From: the human T2T-CHM13v2.0 reference genome, Homo sapiens
DNA length: 64,000 nt
Reading direction: 5' to 3' (one strand)
NCBI RefSeq assembly: GCF_009914755.1
Contig: NC_060927.1
In this document: positions 43,601-57,112 of the stretch, in pieces
Position numbering within the stretch: the stretch's first letter is position 1
Layout: each line of letters starts with the position of its first letter
Made by a program: the position numbers and the translations under genes
The notes under the pieces: model-generated
The model's database searches: none
Told to the model about the DNA's origin: nothing
Seen by the model: the letters and a program-made list of their open reading frames with translations, nothing else

Positions 43601-45516
43601 TTGGGTATGGAGTATATTGATGTTATACAAATAATAAAAAGTAACCCAAAGGTTTCTAATTTTTTAAAATAACTGAGGTGAACTGATTGCAATTTTGGTC
43701 TAGTCAGATTATCATAGCTGAGTTAAAATGACCCACTTCATTAGTTGCTAAGGCCTTTGTCTCAGTTTGTCCACATTTTAAATTTTCATTTCTTATTCTC
43801 CCCTTTCCTCTTCTCAATATTTGGATCAGTTCAAAGAACCTTCTATAATGGTGACAGATTCTTATTTCTCTTTCAGGATCCCATTCAACTGGCACATTGT
43901 CTAGGAACCTTCTTTAGTGCCAACCATTGAGTGCCTCTTTATAGCACCTACATGTTCCCATGTCTTGCCCAGTGTCATACTCTTAGTTTTATCTGTCCCT
44001 CTCCAACTGCCAACTAGACTGTGACTTCCTTTAGAGTAGAGATCTCATCCAAGAATTTTTTTTGTATTCAACAGTAGCAGTTTAATCAATGTTGACTGAT
44101 TTTATACAGTCTAACTGAATGGTAAACTGTAGAAAAGAATTATTGCATGGGTGTCCTCAATTTCCTACTGGATTTGATCAATTCACAGAGAGGTCAGTGG
44201 TCCTCAGAAATGTTTGCCAATTTCTTTGCCGGTTTTAAACCACACACTTGAGCCCATTTCCTCCCAGTCACATCTTTTAAATGTTTGGAGACCTACTGAT
44301 ACCTAAGAAAATGTTTCCAAATACAAAGCTTCTACCAAGAATGTTAAGGCTTCTACCAAGAAGTCAAAGTGCCAAGAGAGAATGCCTAATGAAAAAAAAT
44401 TAAAATAAAGGTCTAAGCCTACCCCATACCATTCGACACTTGAAGAAGGACTTGGACCAATGTGAATGAGAAGCCAGCAACACTTCATCACAATCCTATT
44501 CCCTCCATGCTGATTTTAAATCACAGATTCAAATCTTGAGATTTTGAGGGAAAACCCTTAAGTGGTCAACTGACACAGAAACAAAGGAAAACTCTTTTGT
44601 TTAGAAGTAAGAAGATAGGTGAGAACTTGCATGTAGGGGCTTGTTGTCAATCAGAATGCAAAAGACTATTGAACCATTACACCTTCTTTGTAATCAAATA
44701 TTCAATCAAATGATTTCACTTGAATTATGACTTACTCAGACTGGCCAGCTGATGTAATTAATATTAGCTACCATATCACCAAACTGCTTCATATATCAAT
44801 ACAGTGTTTTCTTTGTGTGGAACAAAGGCAGATTATATCACCCAGCTCTTAAAACTTTATCTGAAACTACATTTGCTTTAGCTCCACTTGAATTTCTCAA
44901 TTTCAATGTTTTAAAATTAAACTATTAAATAATCTAAGCTATAAGAAACTAATAAGATGAAAAGACGTTTTGCTTTTAAATATTTTTTGTTACTTAAACT
45001 ACAGTGTATGTTTATATTGTTTGTTTTGTGACTTAAATCTTGTTTCGTGACTTGAATCTTTGTGTTTGTCTTTAAAGAGATATATTACTTAGATGTTTCA
45101 TTCAAAAATATAGAGCTCAAAGTTTCTGATAACATATTACTAAGAATTAACCCTAAAGCACAATACATTGTAGATGATAAAACAATGTCTGTAAAGGACA
45201 ATAATCCATTATTCTGTAGTTTCACATTTCAGATTGATGATCTTGAATTGTTTTAAAGTAAAATATTCTGTTTTTATATTTAAGCATTTGGTACTTCAAT
45301 AATAATTTTTAAAGTTAAAACATTGAAGCTAATAAGTTTAAAACAGCTGACAAATATCTCATATTTGTAATGTTGATTTAGAAAATTTATAATACTATGG
45401 CATGTCTTTTTACCTCATTTAAATAATAGAAAAATTTTAGAATTGTTTTGTTTATATATGAATGAAACACAAATATCTTTGTGAGTTTTGAAATTCCTCT
45501 ATTATTTGTGATATGG

Positions 45517-45640
45517 TTTTTTTTGAGATGGGGTCTTGCTATGTTGCCCAGGCTGGTCTCAAACCCCTGGCCTCAAGTGATACTCCCATATTAGCCTCCT
45601 GAGTAGCTGGGACTACAGGTGCCAACCACTTCACCCGACT
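45517..45640 (-). mobile_element. Alu monomer (FLAM-like)
   Basis: Single arm with a T-tail. Confidence 0.85.
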
Positions 45641-46629
45641 CTGTGACATTGTTAATTTAAAGTCATTTGTTAAATAGGCCTTTAGTCATAATCTTATAAT
45701 TGAACTACTTGTTTATGGTTTTATTAGCCCTATCCAAGCTTAGAAATTTATTCGGTGTCTGTCAATATAGTGACCATACAGTGAGTGATTCATTAATATC
45801 AAAGCCAAGTCAACTGACTGTATCAATTGAAAAGATAAAGACAACTAAATCATTACCATGCAACCGCTAAAAATCCAGATTTTTAGAGCTCTGTGATCGT
45901 AACTCTGATGCCTGACAGAATTCATTTCTTCTGAGCTTATAGTACTAATGGACTGCCCCACCCCCCACTTCCTATTAGTCTTCTGGTAACGGATAATCAA
46001 GTGATAACTTTCAACTCTTTGACTTGATCTAAATCTCAACCAGCTAGCTACAACTATTTTCCTGACAGGATAGCTAGACTTTTGTAAAATGTGAATCTAT
46101 TCCCAGGGAAATGAACAGATCACAGCTTGGGTAGTGCTAACAATAAATTAAGGCAGGCAGGAGAATGTAATTAAGACAATTTTTTAAGTTAGAAATGGAA
46201 ACCCAAACAAGGCTGTACTTACTAGCAGCCTTGAAAATATTCTTCCAATCGAGGACATTACTTTTTTATCTTTATCAGAAACAAAAATTAAATTAATACT
46301 GAGATATAATGGGTGATGACAGATAGAAAAAACAAAGGCTGGGTTTGGAAAAAAAAGTCCCTTAACAAGAAGAGACCTGCAACACAGTTTTAAGACACTG
46401 TGTTCAACAGGCAAAGATAAATGGGCTATACCTTGCTAAAAAAGTATCTAGGAGATATGGTCAAAAACAAAACTTCTGAAGGTTCCTCAAGAGAGAAAAG
46501 TATTCACTAAAGTCATTTCATTCTCATAAAGAGAATACGTTTATTTCTATGATATAATCAATCTTCTGGCAAACGGCTTTCCCTTCTATTCTCAAATTGA
46601 ATTTGTTTATACTATTACCCTTTAGAATA

Positions 46630-46948
46630 GAATATTCTGTTCAACAGAATTATGATGAGGGCCTCATGATTTAAAAATTTTTAGTGGCTACTTTTAAAAA
46701 AGTAAAAGAAACAAGTGAAATTAAATAAGATATTTGATTTAGCCAATATATCAAAAAATCCAAAATATTACCATTTCAACATATGATCATTATAAAAATC
46801 GTTAATGTGATAGTTTACACTTTTTTTGATTACTCTCTGAAATCTGGTGTGTATTTTATACTTGCAGCACATCTCAGTTTGGAGCAGCCACGGTTCAGGA
46901 GCCACATAAAGCTCAGTAGCTCATGGCTACTGTACTGGACAGCACAGG
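46630..46948. mobile_element. MER33/MER3-type hAT element
   Basis: aatctggtgtgtattttatacttgcagcacatctcagtttgg...ggctactgtactggacagcaca. Confidence 0.75.
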
Positions 46949-48811
46949 TCCAGAGAAACTTTTTTTCCTCAAAGACTTGATTCACATATTTTCTTCAAAC
47001 CTTTCATCAACACATGCTTTTTTACATACTATTTGATTTAAGTGTTAGTCTTGGACAGCATGAACTTGAGCTTCTATGAAGTCCTTGCATATTGTTTGCT
47101 TAATATGGAATGAATGATTATTTTAAGCAAAAAACAGCAGCTGTCAGTGGTCCAGCAATTTCTGAGTTCAGGTCACCTGGCCAACACTTCAGCATTATTC
47201 AATTTGTTTGGTGTAATATAGACAGCTCCACTAGAGTATGTTTGGCTTAATTCCTCTAAAAGTTGAGGAACACACAGTAATAATCACATAATACAAAAAA
47301 GTTCTAGAATATGGGATTATTCTACACTTACAGTCTGTTGAGTGAAAAGTTATGAAATAAGATAAAAGCTCAGTGTTTCAGTGAGTTATTTTCTATTTTA
47401 TGTATCGTAATTATCCCAATGACATTATTTATAGAGTAGTAATTATCTTCAGACATATCTGGAATCTATCACATGAGCATCTGGCATTGACATACCAGTG
47501 ATGAAGATGAATCAATGTATTCAGCAGTATGTGGCACTATGTTATAAGGGGCTTTACAGGAGACACTGGGACAAACGTGTCAAGACAGTAGTAGTACATT
47601 CACACAAGATAACAAGTAAGAATGTGGTACGATACACGGACTAGATGCTATGGTTGTCATGGGAAGTACTCACTTTTTCAGATCATTCTGCTTCTTTTTG
47701 GTTTGTGCATGCCACTGGTGCATAGCAGGGAAGAAGCCACTTGTGTATAGTGGAAAAAGTATATCAACTAATAAAACTGCATTTGACTGAGAAATAATTG
47801 TATTACAGCTGTCACTAAATTAATTCTGTAATACTATCAACACAACAGGTGCATTAAATTTTTTAAATCAGAACTCTGTTTGCTGATTCATAAACCGGCC
47901 AGTATGCAACAAGAATATGATGCATCAGATAAAGCATTCTGTAATCTTCATGCAGTAAAGTGTAACTAATACCTCAAAAACAGTTAATGCAACATTAGAC
48001 AGGGATTAAAGGAAGAACTTGGTACAAACAAATGTCCTGGATATGAGAAAATGGTAATAATCACAATTTCTTTTCTAAATTAAAAATCAAAAATGTTATT
48101 TTGCATTAAATTTTAAATGCAAGCCTAGGTTATAATGGTAATTTTGGACATGTGAAAAGATTATCAGAAAGTACACAGCAATGCGTGATTTTGTGAAAAA
48201 AGAATCTTGGGTACTGGAACCTGCCCTAGATTGTGAAGTCCTGAGGTGATATGTTACAGTACAACTGTGCCAATTGCAAATTTGGTTAGGTCTTATCTAC
48301 CGTTGTATGGCTCTGCCCTTAAGCAAGAACTTCAAGTAGTTCTCACCTTCCATAGCATTCACCTGAGGGACTGTGGACTTAAAATTTTGGACATGGGAGT
48401 CTACAGAGGTCTGACTCTGATTCAGTGTAAAACTGTATATGTTTTACTATGTATATTAAGTAAAGAATGAGGAATTTGGTAAATATCAAGCAAATTTCTT
48501 TCCAATGATTACCATGTGTTATTAGGAAGTAGCATCTCTTCTTTTGGGATAAAAAAAGCTGAAAACATAAAATGTATCCCAAAGTCTTGGGAATCTTTAA
48601 TAGCTTTAAAAATTATTTAATTTTGATGTTATATGTTATAATTTTTATAACTTACAACATAGTATTTAGAATAAAGTAAAACCACACATGTTGGCAGCAG
48701 CTGGGGATGAGATCCGCTGATATTCTAAAAATAAGTTGCCATAATTTAGCTTTTGATATAAATGTCTTTCATGAGGACTGTAAATGGACATTTTTCGAAT
48801 TCTAGGCATGT

Positions 48812-48849
48812 TCATATAATCGGAACTGAATCATATAATCGGAACTGAA
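48812..48849. repeat. Perfect 19-bp tandem duplication
   Basis: (tcatataatcggaactgaa)x2. Confidence 0.95.
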
Positions 48850-49718
48850 TGGAAAAAATGAAATGTTTAAAATAATCTAATCTAAATTATAAGATAAATG
48901 CAAGTAAAAATATTTCTCATTTGCGATTTTAAAACTGGTAGTTCCACAGAGTGGTGATGAGTACATTATACATATTTATGTAGATTTTACAGGGTGTTTC
49001 AAAAGTCCCCGAGGACATATAGGATTCACAGTCTCCACATGTCTTTGCATACAAATGAAGACTTTTTTCTATACTTGTTATAATAAATGCTGAAAATGGC
49101 TCTCATGTGCTTATAATAGAGATGACATTTTTGTTCTCAAGGTCACTATGTATAAGAGGGGTCACAAATGCCATTTTCTGCATGGGGACTCAGGGACTTC
49201 TGGCTCATTCCTGTAAATAAGTTATCCACATAAATATGTATAGACATATATGTAGTATGCATAGTCACAACATAAATATATTTAACATTTAAGAAAATTT
49301 AGATATTCTACTGGTAAACTGACATATGTATACAATATAACTTGTTTTTATTCATAGGAATTTGATTTTTTTTTGTTCAAATGTACTGTTAGCTTAATTG
49401 TTATTTCTTTCCCAAAGTTTTTAACAAGACTCCTTTATAAAGAAGCAACATGTTTTACTTGCACATATATTCTCTTTCTCTTTTGTCTTAACTAAAGTTG
49501 AGTAATGAAATTAATATTCACAAATAAATAACTAGATGGTGAATTTTTCTTTTTTTAGCAATTTTGGTTTTCATCTATATTTGTATAATTGTTTCATTGA
49601 AACTGTCTTTAAAAAAATTGGTTCAAGAGTTAAAGTTTTTTTTTTCTAGTTAAAAATCACAATGTCTGATATATTAACATATGTCAGCTTCCTACAGAAA
49701 CCCTATGGGTCTGCCCAC

Positions 49719-49823
49719 CTGTGATGTCATAGTAAGGAGGGGCTTTTCTTCAGCAGACTCCTCCCTCGGTATCTCCTTCATCACCATGGCAACAGCCTTA
49801 TCTGCCGCCCTAGAGCCTTTTCC
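49719..49823 (-). CDS. PEX5L: PEX5L cassette exon 4, GKGSRAADKAVAMVMKEIPREESAEEKPLLTMTSQ
   Basis: gttatag|GGA...CAG|gtgggc; 105 nt, phase 0-0; contains a dileucine-type EEKPLL. Confidence 0.96.
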
Positions 49824-52246
49824 CTATAACAGTGAAATCAACAATGACTGTGTCAGGAGAGATCTTTAACTTATTATTTATTACAAGATATTCTAATGTT
49901 TAAAGAGCAATCCAACATAAATGAAGAGGTAGGCTGCTGCAAGTGAATCTTGAGGCTTTTGGCTGAGGAGAAAACACACAAAATCTGAAAAAAGATTATT
50001 TGTGAACTTTTAGTTAGCTACTTTTTCCCCTTTACAGCTGACATATTACATTTAATTTTAACATAGTATTTTATATGTATAATATGTTTTAAGGAAATTA
50101 ACATGACATGAATTTTTTGTAATATCAATTTAAAAACACTATGGGTTGCCTGCTACGTTCATTTATAAATTATTACTACATAATTCCTAAATATTTTGAA
50201 TGACAGGAGTTTGGGATAGAGATTAGAAGCAGGATCCAACTCCCACAGAGGGCTTTTGCTGGGTGATCTCTGGAGTCTTTGCCATTTTTGAGTGGATTGG
50301 GATAAAAAGAGTAAAAATGTTGCAAAATATCTAAAAATCCTCCAGTGGCTTGACATAACAGTAATTCACCCAGTCTGTTTTGTGGAGATGGTATAAACTT
50401 CATGAAAAAAACATTTTGCAACTTTCAATGTTTTTGAGACCAAATAATTTTAATAGAGTTTTAGAAGTGTCTTTTAACTGAAGAACCCCATAAATACAGA
50501 CATAAAGGATAATTAATACGTAAAGGATAATCCATAACTGACGTAAAGTATAATTAATATTGTGGCACTAATCTATATCTCTCTATATATCTATAGATAC
50601 AAATGTATATGTATATATATAGATAATATGTATACAAACACATACATATCCCTATGTTATTTGTCTCAAAGAAGTAGAATTATAAACTGTAAAGGGATAT
50701 GGTGGCTTTCTGTTATTTGAGTTTACCAGATTATTACATTTTTTGAGACTAGATATGGTATAATGGGAAAGCCCCCCCAAATATTACCTTTCCATCCCAA
50801 TTAGAAAAATTTCATACTATGTAAAAATTAAATAATCCTTAAATACTTTAAAAACAAAAACTTCAATTTTCTCAGGTCTCTGGGTAAAGCCTCCCTGAAG
50901 AAAATAATTTTATACTAAGAAAAGATATGAATATTTGTGTTGTAAATCTACTTAAAATACAAATGTAGCAGACAGACCTATCACAGGCAGAGAAACGAAA
51001 ACCGACATATGGGGGTCTAATATTGGAAAAGGGAATTAAGAGCCAGGGTTGATATTAACTCAGAACTTAATAAAGCTTGATCGTTTCCATGCAACAAAAA
51101 GGATACAATTACATCATTATCTTGTGCTTTCAAAGGGCTTTAAGTATTTAGAAGGTAGGTTTACTCTAGGGATCAAAACATTATCCATTTTCTCAGGCAC
51201 TGACTTTCTAAAATGTAGCCAGAGGCAGCTTTTCTTTATGAGAACAAAGAAAAACTTTTTGTATAGCTAATAGATTTTTAAATGTGTGTATCTGTTTACA
51301 ATGCTGAAAGTTTGTTTCTTTGTTTTGTTTTGACTTTATAACTAGCATTATTGAATTATAATGTGTTATTTCCAAGATGGAATATCAAATACTAGAGATT
51401 TTATTCAGCAGATATGTCAGTAGTAATTTTCATATATGTATGTGTTTTGAAAAGTTTATATGGCCACAATTCATAGAATAACTGACTTCTGGAAGAATAA
51501 AGGATAACTTGATTCATTGCATAACAAATTGAGGTGCACAATGATTCCAGGTTTCTTCTTTAATGAAGCAATGTGAACTTCCTAAAATGGAGATGCAAAC
51601 AATTCTGAATTCTGGGAAAAGATTTATTATGGCACTATAACTTGTTTACATTTTATCAAAATATAAAAATTATTTGGATGAAACATCACACGCTATAAAC
51701 TTAGTACATCTTTATAAGCTACACTCATTTACAGACTAAATATGGTTTATAACAAATATTTTTGCAGCTTACGTTTTTCAAGAGAGCAAAGTCATTTGTG
51801 AAGAATTCTTTCCATGCTTCAGTAAGTTCTAGTAATATAGCAATAAACAAAGTGGCATGCTTATATTTCAATTCCTATTATATTTAAAATAACAAATCTA
51901 ATGTTACAAGGTATAATTTAATTTAAGAAAATAATAATTTAGATTCTTTTCTTGGGCTAAGAAAAAATGTCAATTGATAAGCATCTCAAAAAATTTCAGG
52001 TCAATTTTTCAGTACATTATTTATTTGAAATGCTACCAATCCATAAACTACATAGAGATACTTTTTTACATGTGCAACTATAATAGCTAGAGTTAGCAAG
52101 GGACATGCCATTTCACTAAAACAAAAACAAAAACAAAACAAAAATTAGTCCTTTCATGCTGAACTCTAGAACAAAGCAGTGGTCAGCTAGAAAGGATGTA
52201 CAATAAATACATGCGGTGCTTTTTATTTCTTGCAGAAAAAACCCAC

Positions 52247-52312
52247 CAAAGCCAGGGTCAGGTCACTTTTTTGAAGACAGTGCCACTTTTTCTTCAAGGT
52301 TACACCTACTAC
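52247..52312 (-). CDS. PEX5L: PEX5L alternative cassette exon (3a-type), VVGVTLKKKWHCLQKSDLTLAL
   Basis: cttttcag|GTAGTAGGT...GCTTTG|gtgggt; 66 nt, phase 0-0, no stop codon. Consensus branch point CACTAAC at 52338-52344. The peptide matches my recollection of a human PEX5L isoform. Confidence 0.8.
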
Positions 52313-52764
52313 CTGAAAAGAGTCATGACACACCCATGTTAGTGCCTGCTAGCAACTTTTTTCTTTACAGCCTTTTTTGGCTTTTGCGATAATACCCCAT
52401 GAGCGTCACTGTTTTACAAGTGCGGTACAGTCTGAGGACAGAATGGGAAGGTCTGCCACAATGACATCTCCATGGTACCAGATACAGTGTCTAAAACCAC
52501 TGCCAAATCAAGTGAATACACTCATGTATCAATGCAAGATTTCCCCCAAATCAAATTGCCTCCTCCACCTGTTATCTTAAAATCAAGCTGTGTTATTTCT
52601 GACTTGTCTATTTATCTCGTGGGATAATGCTTCCAGAAATCAGAACCTGACTGATAATTGGCTTGGCAATTCATGGAACTTTACAAATTTGCTTATCAGC
52701 AGCTCTGCAGGGCTGATGACAATATAACTGTGCAGGTTTCTTTCTTTTTTGAAGGCAGTAGCTT

Positions 52765-52868
52765 AAAACATTGTAAGATATATATGTAATTGTTCAGACT
52801 TCAGACTCAATTTTCAAAAACATTGTAAGATATATATGTAATTGTTCAGACTTCAAACTCAGTTTTCA
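52765..52868. repeat. 52-bp tandem duplication
   Basis: Units 52765-52816 and 52817-52868, 2 mismatches. Confidence 0.95.
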
Positions 52869-54740
52869 AAATATAACCACACCAAAGGGTCGGTTTTCAT
52901 CTATTATGTGAGACAACATGAAGACAGACAAAATAAAATATACACTGAATATACATTCAAGCATATAAGCAGTTTATAAACTTTAGATAACATTAAGTCT
53001 ATATGCTTCTATGCCACTCAGCAACAATGGAAAAGAATAGTGACATTTTAGAAGTTGATTATCATATTGTGGTATCCTCCAGCAATAATTTCAGCCTATT
53101 TCTTTTCAAGTAATATTTCAAAATCACTTTTTCCCACTTCCTGGTTTAATTTCTTGAAATAACGTTGACTGGAAAAACAATAACAACATTAAGGGGAAAC
53201 ATTTTTCTCAATGCTTTCCTGTGGAAAATTATTTGATATTTTTATTTCTTCCGTCATTTGTTTCTTCACTTAGGAAATATACAGAATGACAGCTTTCCTA
53301 ACAGATAATAATTCTAGAGAATAATCTTTTTATTAGGTTCTATTATAAGAGCAGGCACAAATGGATGAAACACAGGGAGTCTAGCAGTGCCATTAACATT
53401 TATTAAGAAAACCAAGTCATGATCCACTTATTTCCGTTTTTAAAATACAGAACATAAGAAACAGCATACACAATACTGGACATCACAGGACCCTCTCCGG
53501 CTGGATACCAGGCTGTAGAACCACCAGATGCTTCAGATGAGAAAGGTTGGATCTGTTTCACAGGGAAGGGGCTAAACTGTTTCAAGAGGCGACCACGCGC
53601 TGGGCACTCTGGTAAATGTTTGACATAATTTCATTTATTTGATCTTGTGGTGGTAACTCTGTGGGGTAGATATTATCTTCCATAGATAGTTGAGGACACC
53701 AAAGCCCAGAGACAGTATGATGTGGCCAAGGCTTCAAAGCCATTCTGTGGCCGAGCCAGGACAGGAACCCAGACCTGTTTTCCAGGCTTTTCTGCTTCGT
53801 CTCTACCATACCGGTGTCTGTTCACGTGGCTTAGTGAGGCTGGAGGGCTCTCCCTGCTGCCCTCTCTGACTGCCATAAATGTCCGTTGTTCATGATCTCG
53901 CTCAGATTTGGGGCGGCAGCCACTTCTCACTATAATCACATAGGCAAACATTTTCTGAGAAATATCTTCTTTCTCTAGTCTGGAATGGTCAATAACTTCA
54001 CTCACAAGCACGTTTCTAACAAAATGCTTTTGCTGCTTTTATCTTCACAGAAAAGTAACCTAAGTATTTCATATATATACAAACTTCTTTTTTATTCTGT
54101 AGATCTTAGTAGGTTTATACGCTTTAGCATCTCTCTAATTCTTATTAAATGCTAGCTAAATGCCATTAAATGCCACTTTTACTAAGACTTTCTTGAGATC
54201 CGTTTTGGTGCATAAAATACTTAAAGTATGCAATTCCACAGTTACACAGGCCACTGGTGTAGTTGCAGATTCTATTACTGCTACCAAGGAATTTGTAATT
54301 TAAAACTTATTTTCATTATTTTTAAAACTCTCAACAATTATCCAGAGTTTCTTTATCAGAGATATTAAACAGAAGAAATTGAGATAGGTTAGATTAGAGG
54401 AAAAGTAAAAGACTACAATACTAGACATCTCTGCCAACCCAAAATTATCTAACATATGAATTTTCAAAATAGCCCTCCTTTTGTTCTGATTATAAAAATT
54501 AATATACTTCTTGCTAAAAATTGATAAAAAACAGAACTAGGAAAACAAAATTAACAACTCTAATATTTTCATGAATTTTTTTAAAAAAATTATTTTATTT
54601 TATAATACCAGCAATTAAACAATTTTTTAGGCTGAATATTTAAAGAATAGACCTATTAAGATCAAGCCTACAAGTATGAATATATTGAATATATTTCTTT
54701 ATGTATACATACATGTAAACAAACTCCTGCCATCTATATA

Positions 54741-55053
54741 TTTTTGTTTGTTTGTTTGTTTTTGAGACAGTGTCTCGCTCTGTCACCCAGGCTGGAGTAC
54801 AGTGGTGTGATCTCGGTTCACTGCAACCTCAACCTCCTCGGCTCATGTGGATCCTCCCACCTCAGCTTCCTAAGTAGCTGAGACTACAGGTGTGTGCCAC
54901 CACACTCTGCTAATTAATTTAAAAAAATTTTTTTCTTAGAAATGGAGTTTTACTATGCTGCCCAGGCTGGCCTCAAACTCCTGGGCTCAAGCAATCTTCC
55001 TGCCTTAGTCTTCCAGGGTTCTGGGATTACAGGTGTGAGTCACCATACCTGGC
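54741..55053 (-). mobile_element. AluJ
   Basis: Dimer with a (TTTG)n tail. Confidence 0.92.
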
Positions 55054-56057
55054 ACGGTCTTTAGTTTTGCATATACTAAAAAATTCTGGACCCTGGATTA
55101 AGCACCTGCAAAAAACTAGCCACCAAAAGGCTAATTTTTGATGGTTGCTCTTGTCTGTCATGCACAGAAGCAGGATAATCTTCTTTCACTTGGCGAGCTA
55201 AATGTCAAAGTTAGTGTCGTAAGTGTCATGCTCTCTTCAAACTCCCAACACAGGAAAAGGTCAGGGCAATATTTTGCAGTGTCCTTTCCCAGTAAAGTGT
55301 GCTCCTGTAGATTTCTTCCAACACAAATTAGGGTTCAGGACATGTTGGTTCTGTCTTATTTCCTTCCCAACAGAATGTTTTGTAAGTTTTAAAAGTGGTA
55401 CAAATAGCTAAATTTTGACATACTGGTCAATCCTTGTTTCTAAACATTCTGAAAGAAGCACAGATCTAGGTGTAAACAACTGGGAAGCATGGACAGAATT
55501 TGCTTGTCTTAAATAGAGATTCATATGTGGAATTTACAATCCATGATGAATTTACCATTGGTTCAGTGATCTGTTTGCAGCTGGAAAATGTGATTTACAA
55601 TTCCTTAATCAGGGTAGTCAAGTTGCAGAAAAGAAATTGGTGCCTATCTATTTAATATAATGACACAGGGTATTGAAAAGAAAGATTTCCAGTTGACCCT
55701 TTATGTATTTCTCCCTTACTGTCTCTTTTTCCCCTCCAGCATTGCTTTCTCCATGCAACAGGTGCACATTTCTTCAGCCATCATCTTTTCTAGGAAGTCT
55801 TCTGGGATTAATGAGGAGTTACACTAATTACATTCTATTATATAACTCCTGGACCTTCCATTTGTGTTTTGTGTTAATTGACACTATTTGTTTTACCCAG
55901 ACTGGGAATGTGATCAAGTGGGGGAAGGGAGCAGGTGGGAGAAAGTCATGGATACCAATCTCTACGGTCTTTGATTCTAAGCCTCCACTTATGAACATTA
56001 CTGGAATTCCATGGCCACCATATGTATACTCACTTTCCTTGGTCTGAATGATTGGAG

Positions 56058-56325
56058 CAGGGTGAGATTATGACTTTCATGGGCCCTAGGCACTTTTGGC
56101 TTCACGAGCTACTGCCTTAAAAAAATCATATTCTATTACTACATTGGGATAAAGACAAAAATAATCCAGACTGTACTTATTATTACATATTAATTGTTAC
56201 AAAATAGTCCATTTTGGGGGGTTCTGATTTTAAGGGAGAGTGAAGTTAAATCATTTTCGTGGGTGCTTAACAGTATTATGGGCCCTATGCACTGTGTCCA
56301 CTGTGCCAAGTGGATAAATTGGCCC
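56058..56325. mobile_element. hAT-type MITE (MER45/91/96-like)
   Basis: caggg...ccct ends; gggccctaggcact and gggccctatgcact sub-terminal motifs; AT-rich centre. Confidence 0.55.
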
Positions 56326-56664
56326 TTCTCCTTCTGAGTTGGGGTCGTCTCCTCGACAGTCAGTGTGCTTTCCCTACTGCTGCTGTGCTGTCCCTGGAGT
56401 GGCTGTCCTGGTTGTCTCTGGGTGATCTATGCTGCTTCCACCCTCCTGCATGCCCATCATGGCTCTTCCTGCCCTAATAGCCCCTTTGGCTACTGCTGCT
56501 GGCCTCACTGTTTTTGTTAAGGAAATCTTTCCTAACAGTACTCACAAGCCTTTGAAACAATTTTTTTTAAATTGACAAACAATAATTGCATGTGCTCAAA
56601 CAGCAGCTTTCATCTTGTAGTTCTTAAAACACACTCTCTAAAAGCCTGGACCCTTTAGACCTGA

Positions 56665-57112
<448 letters not shown>

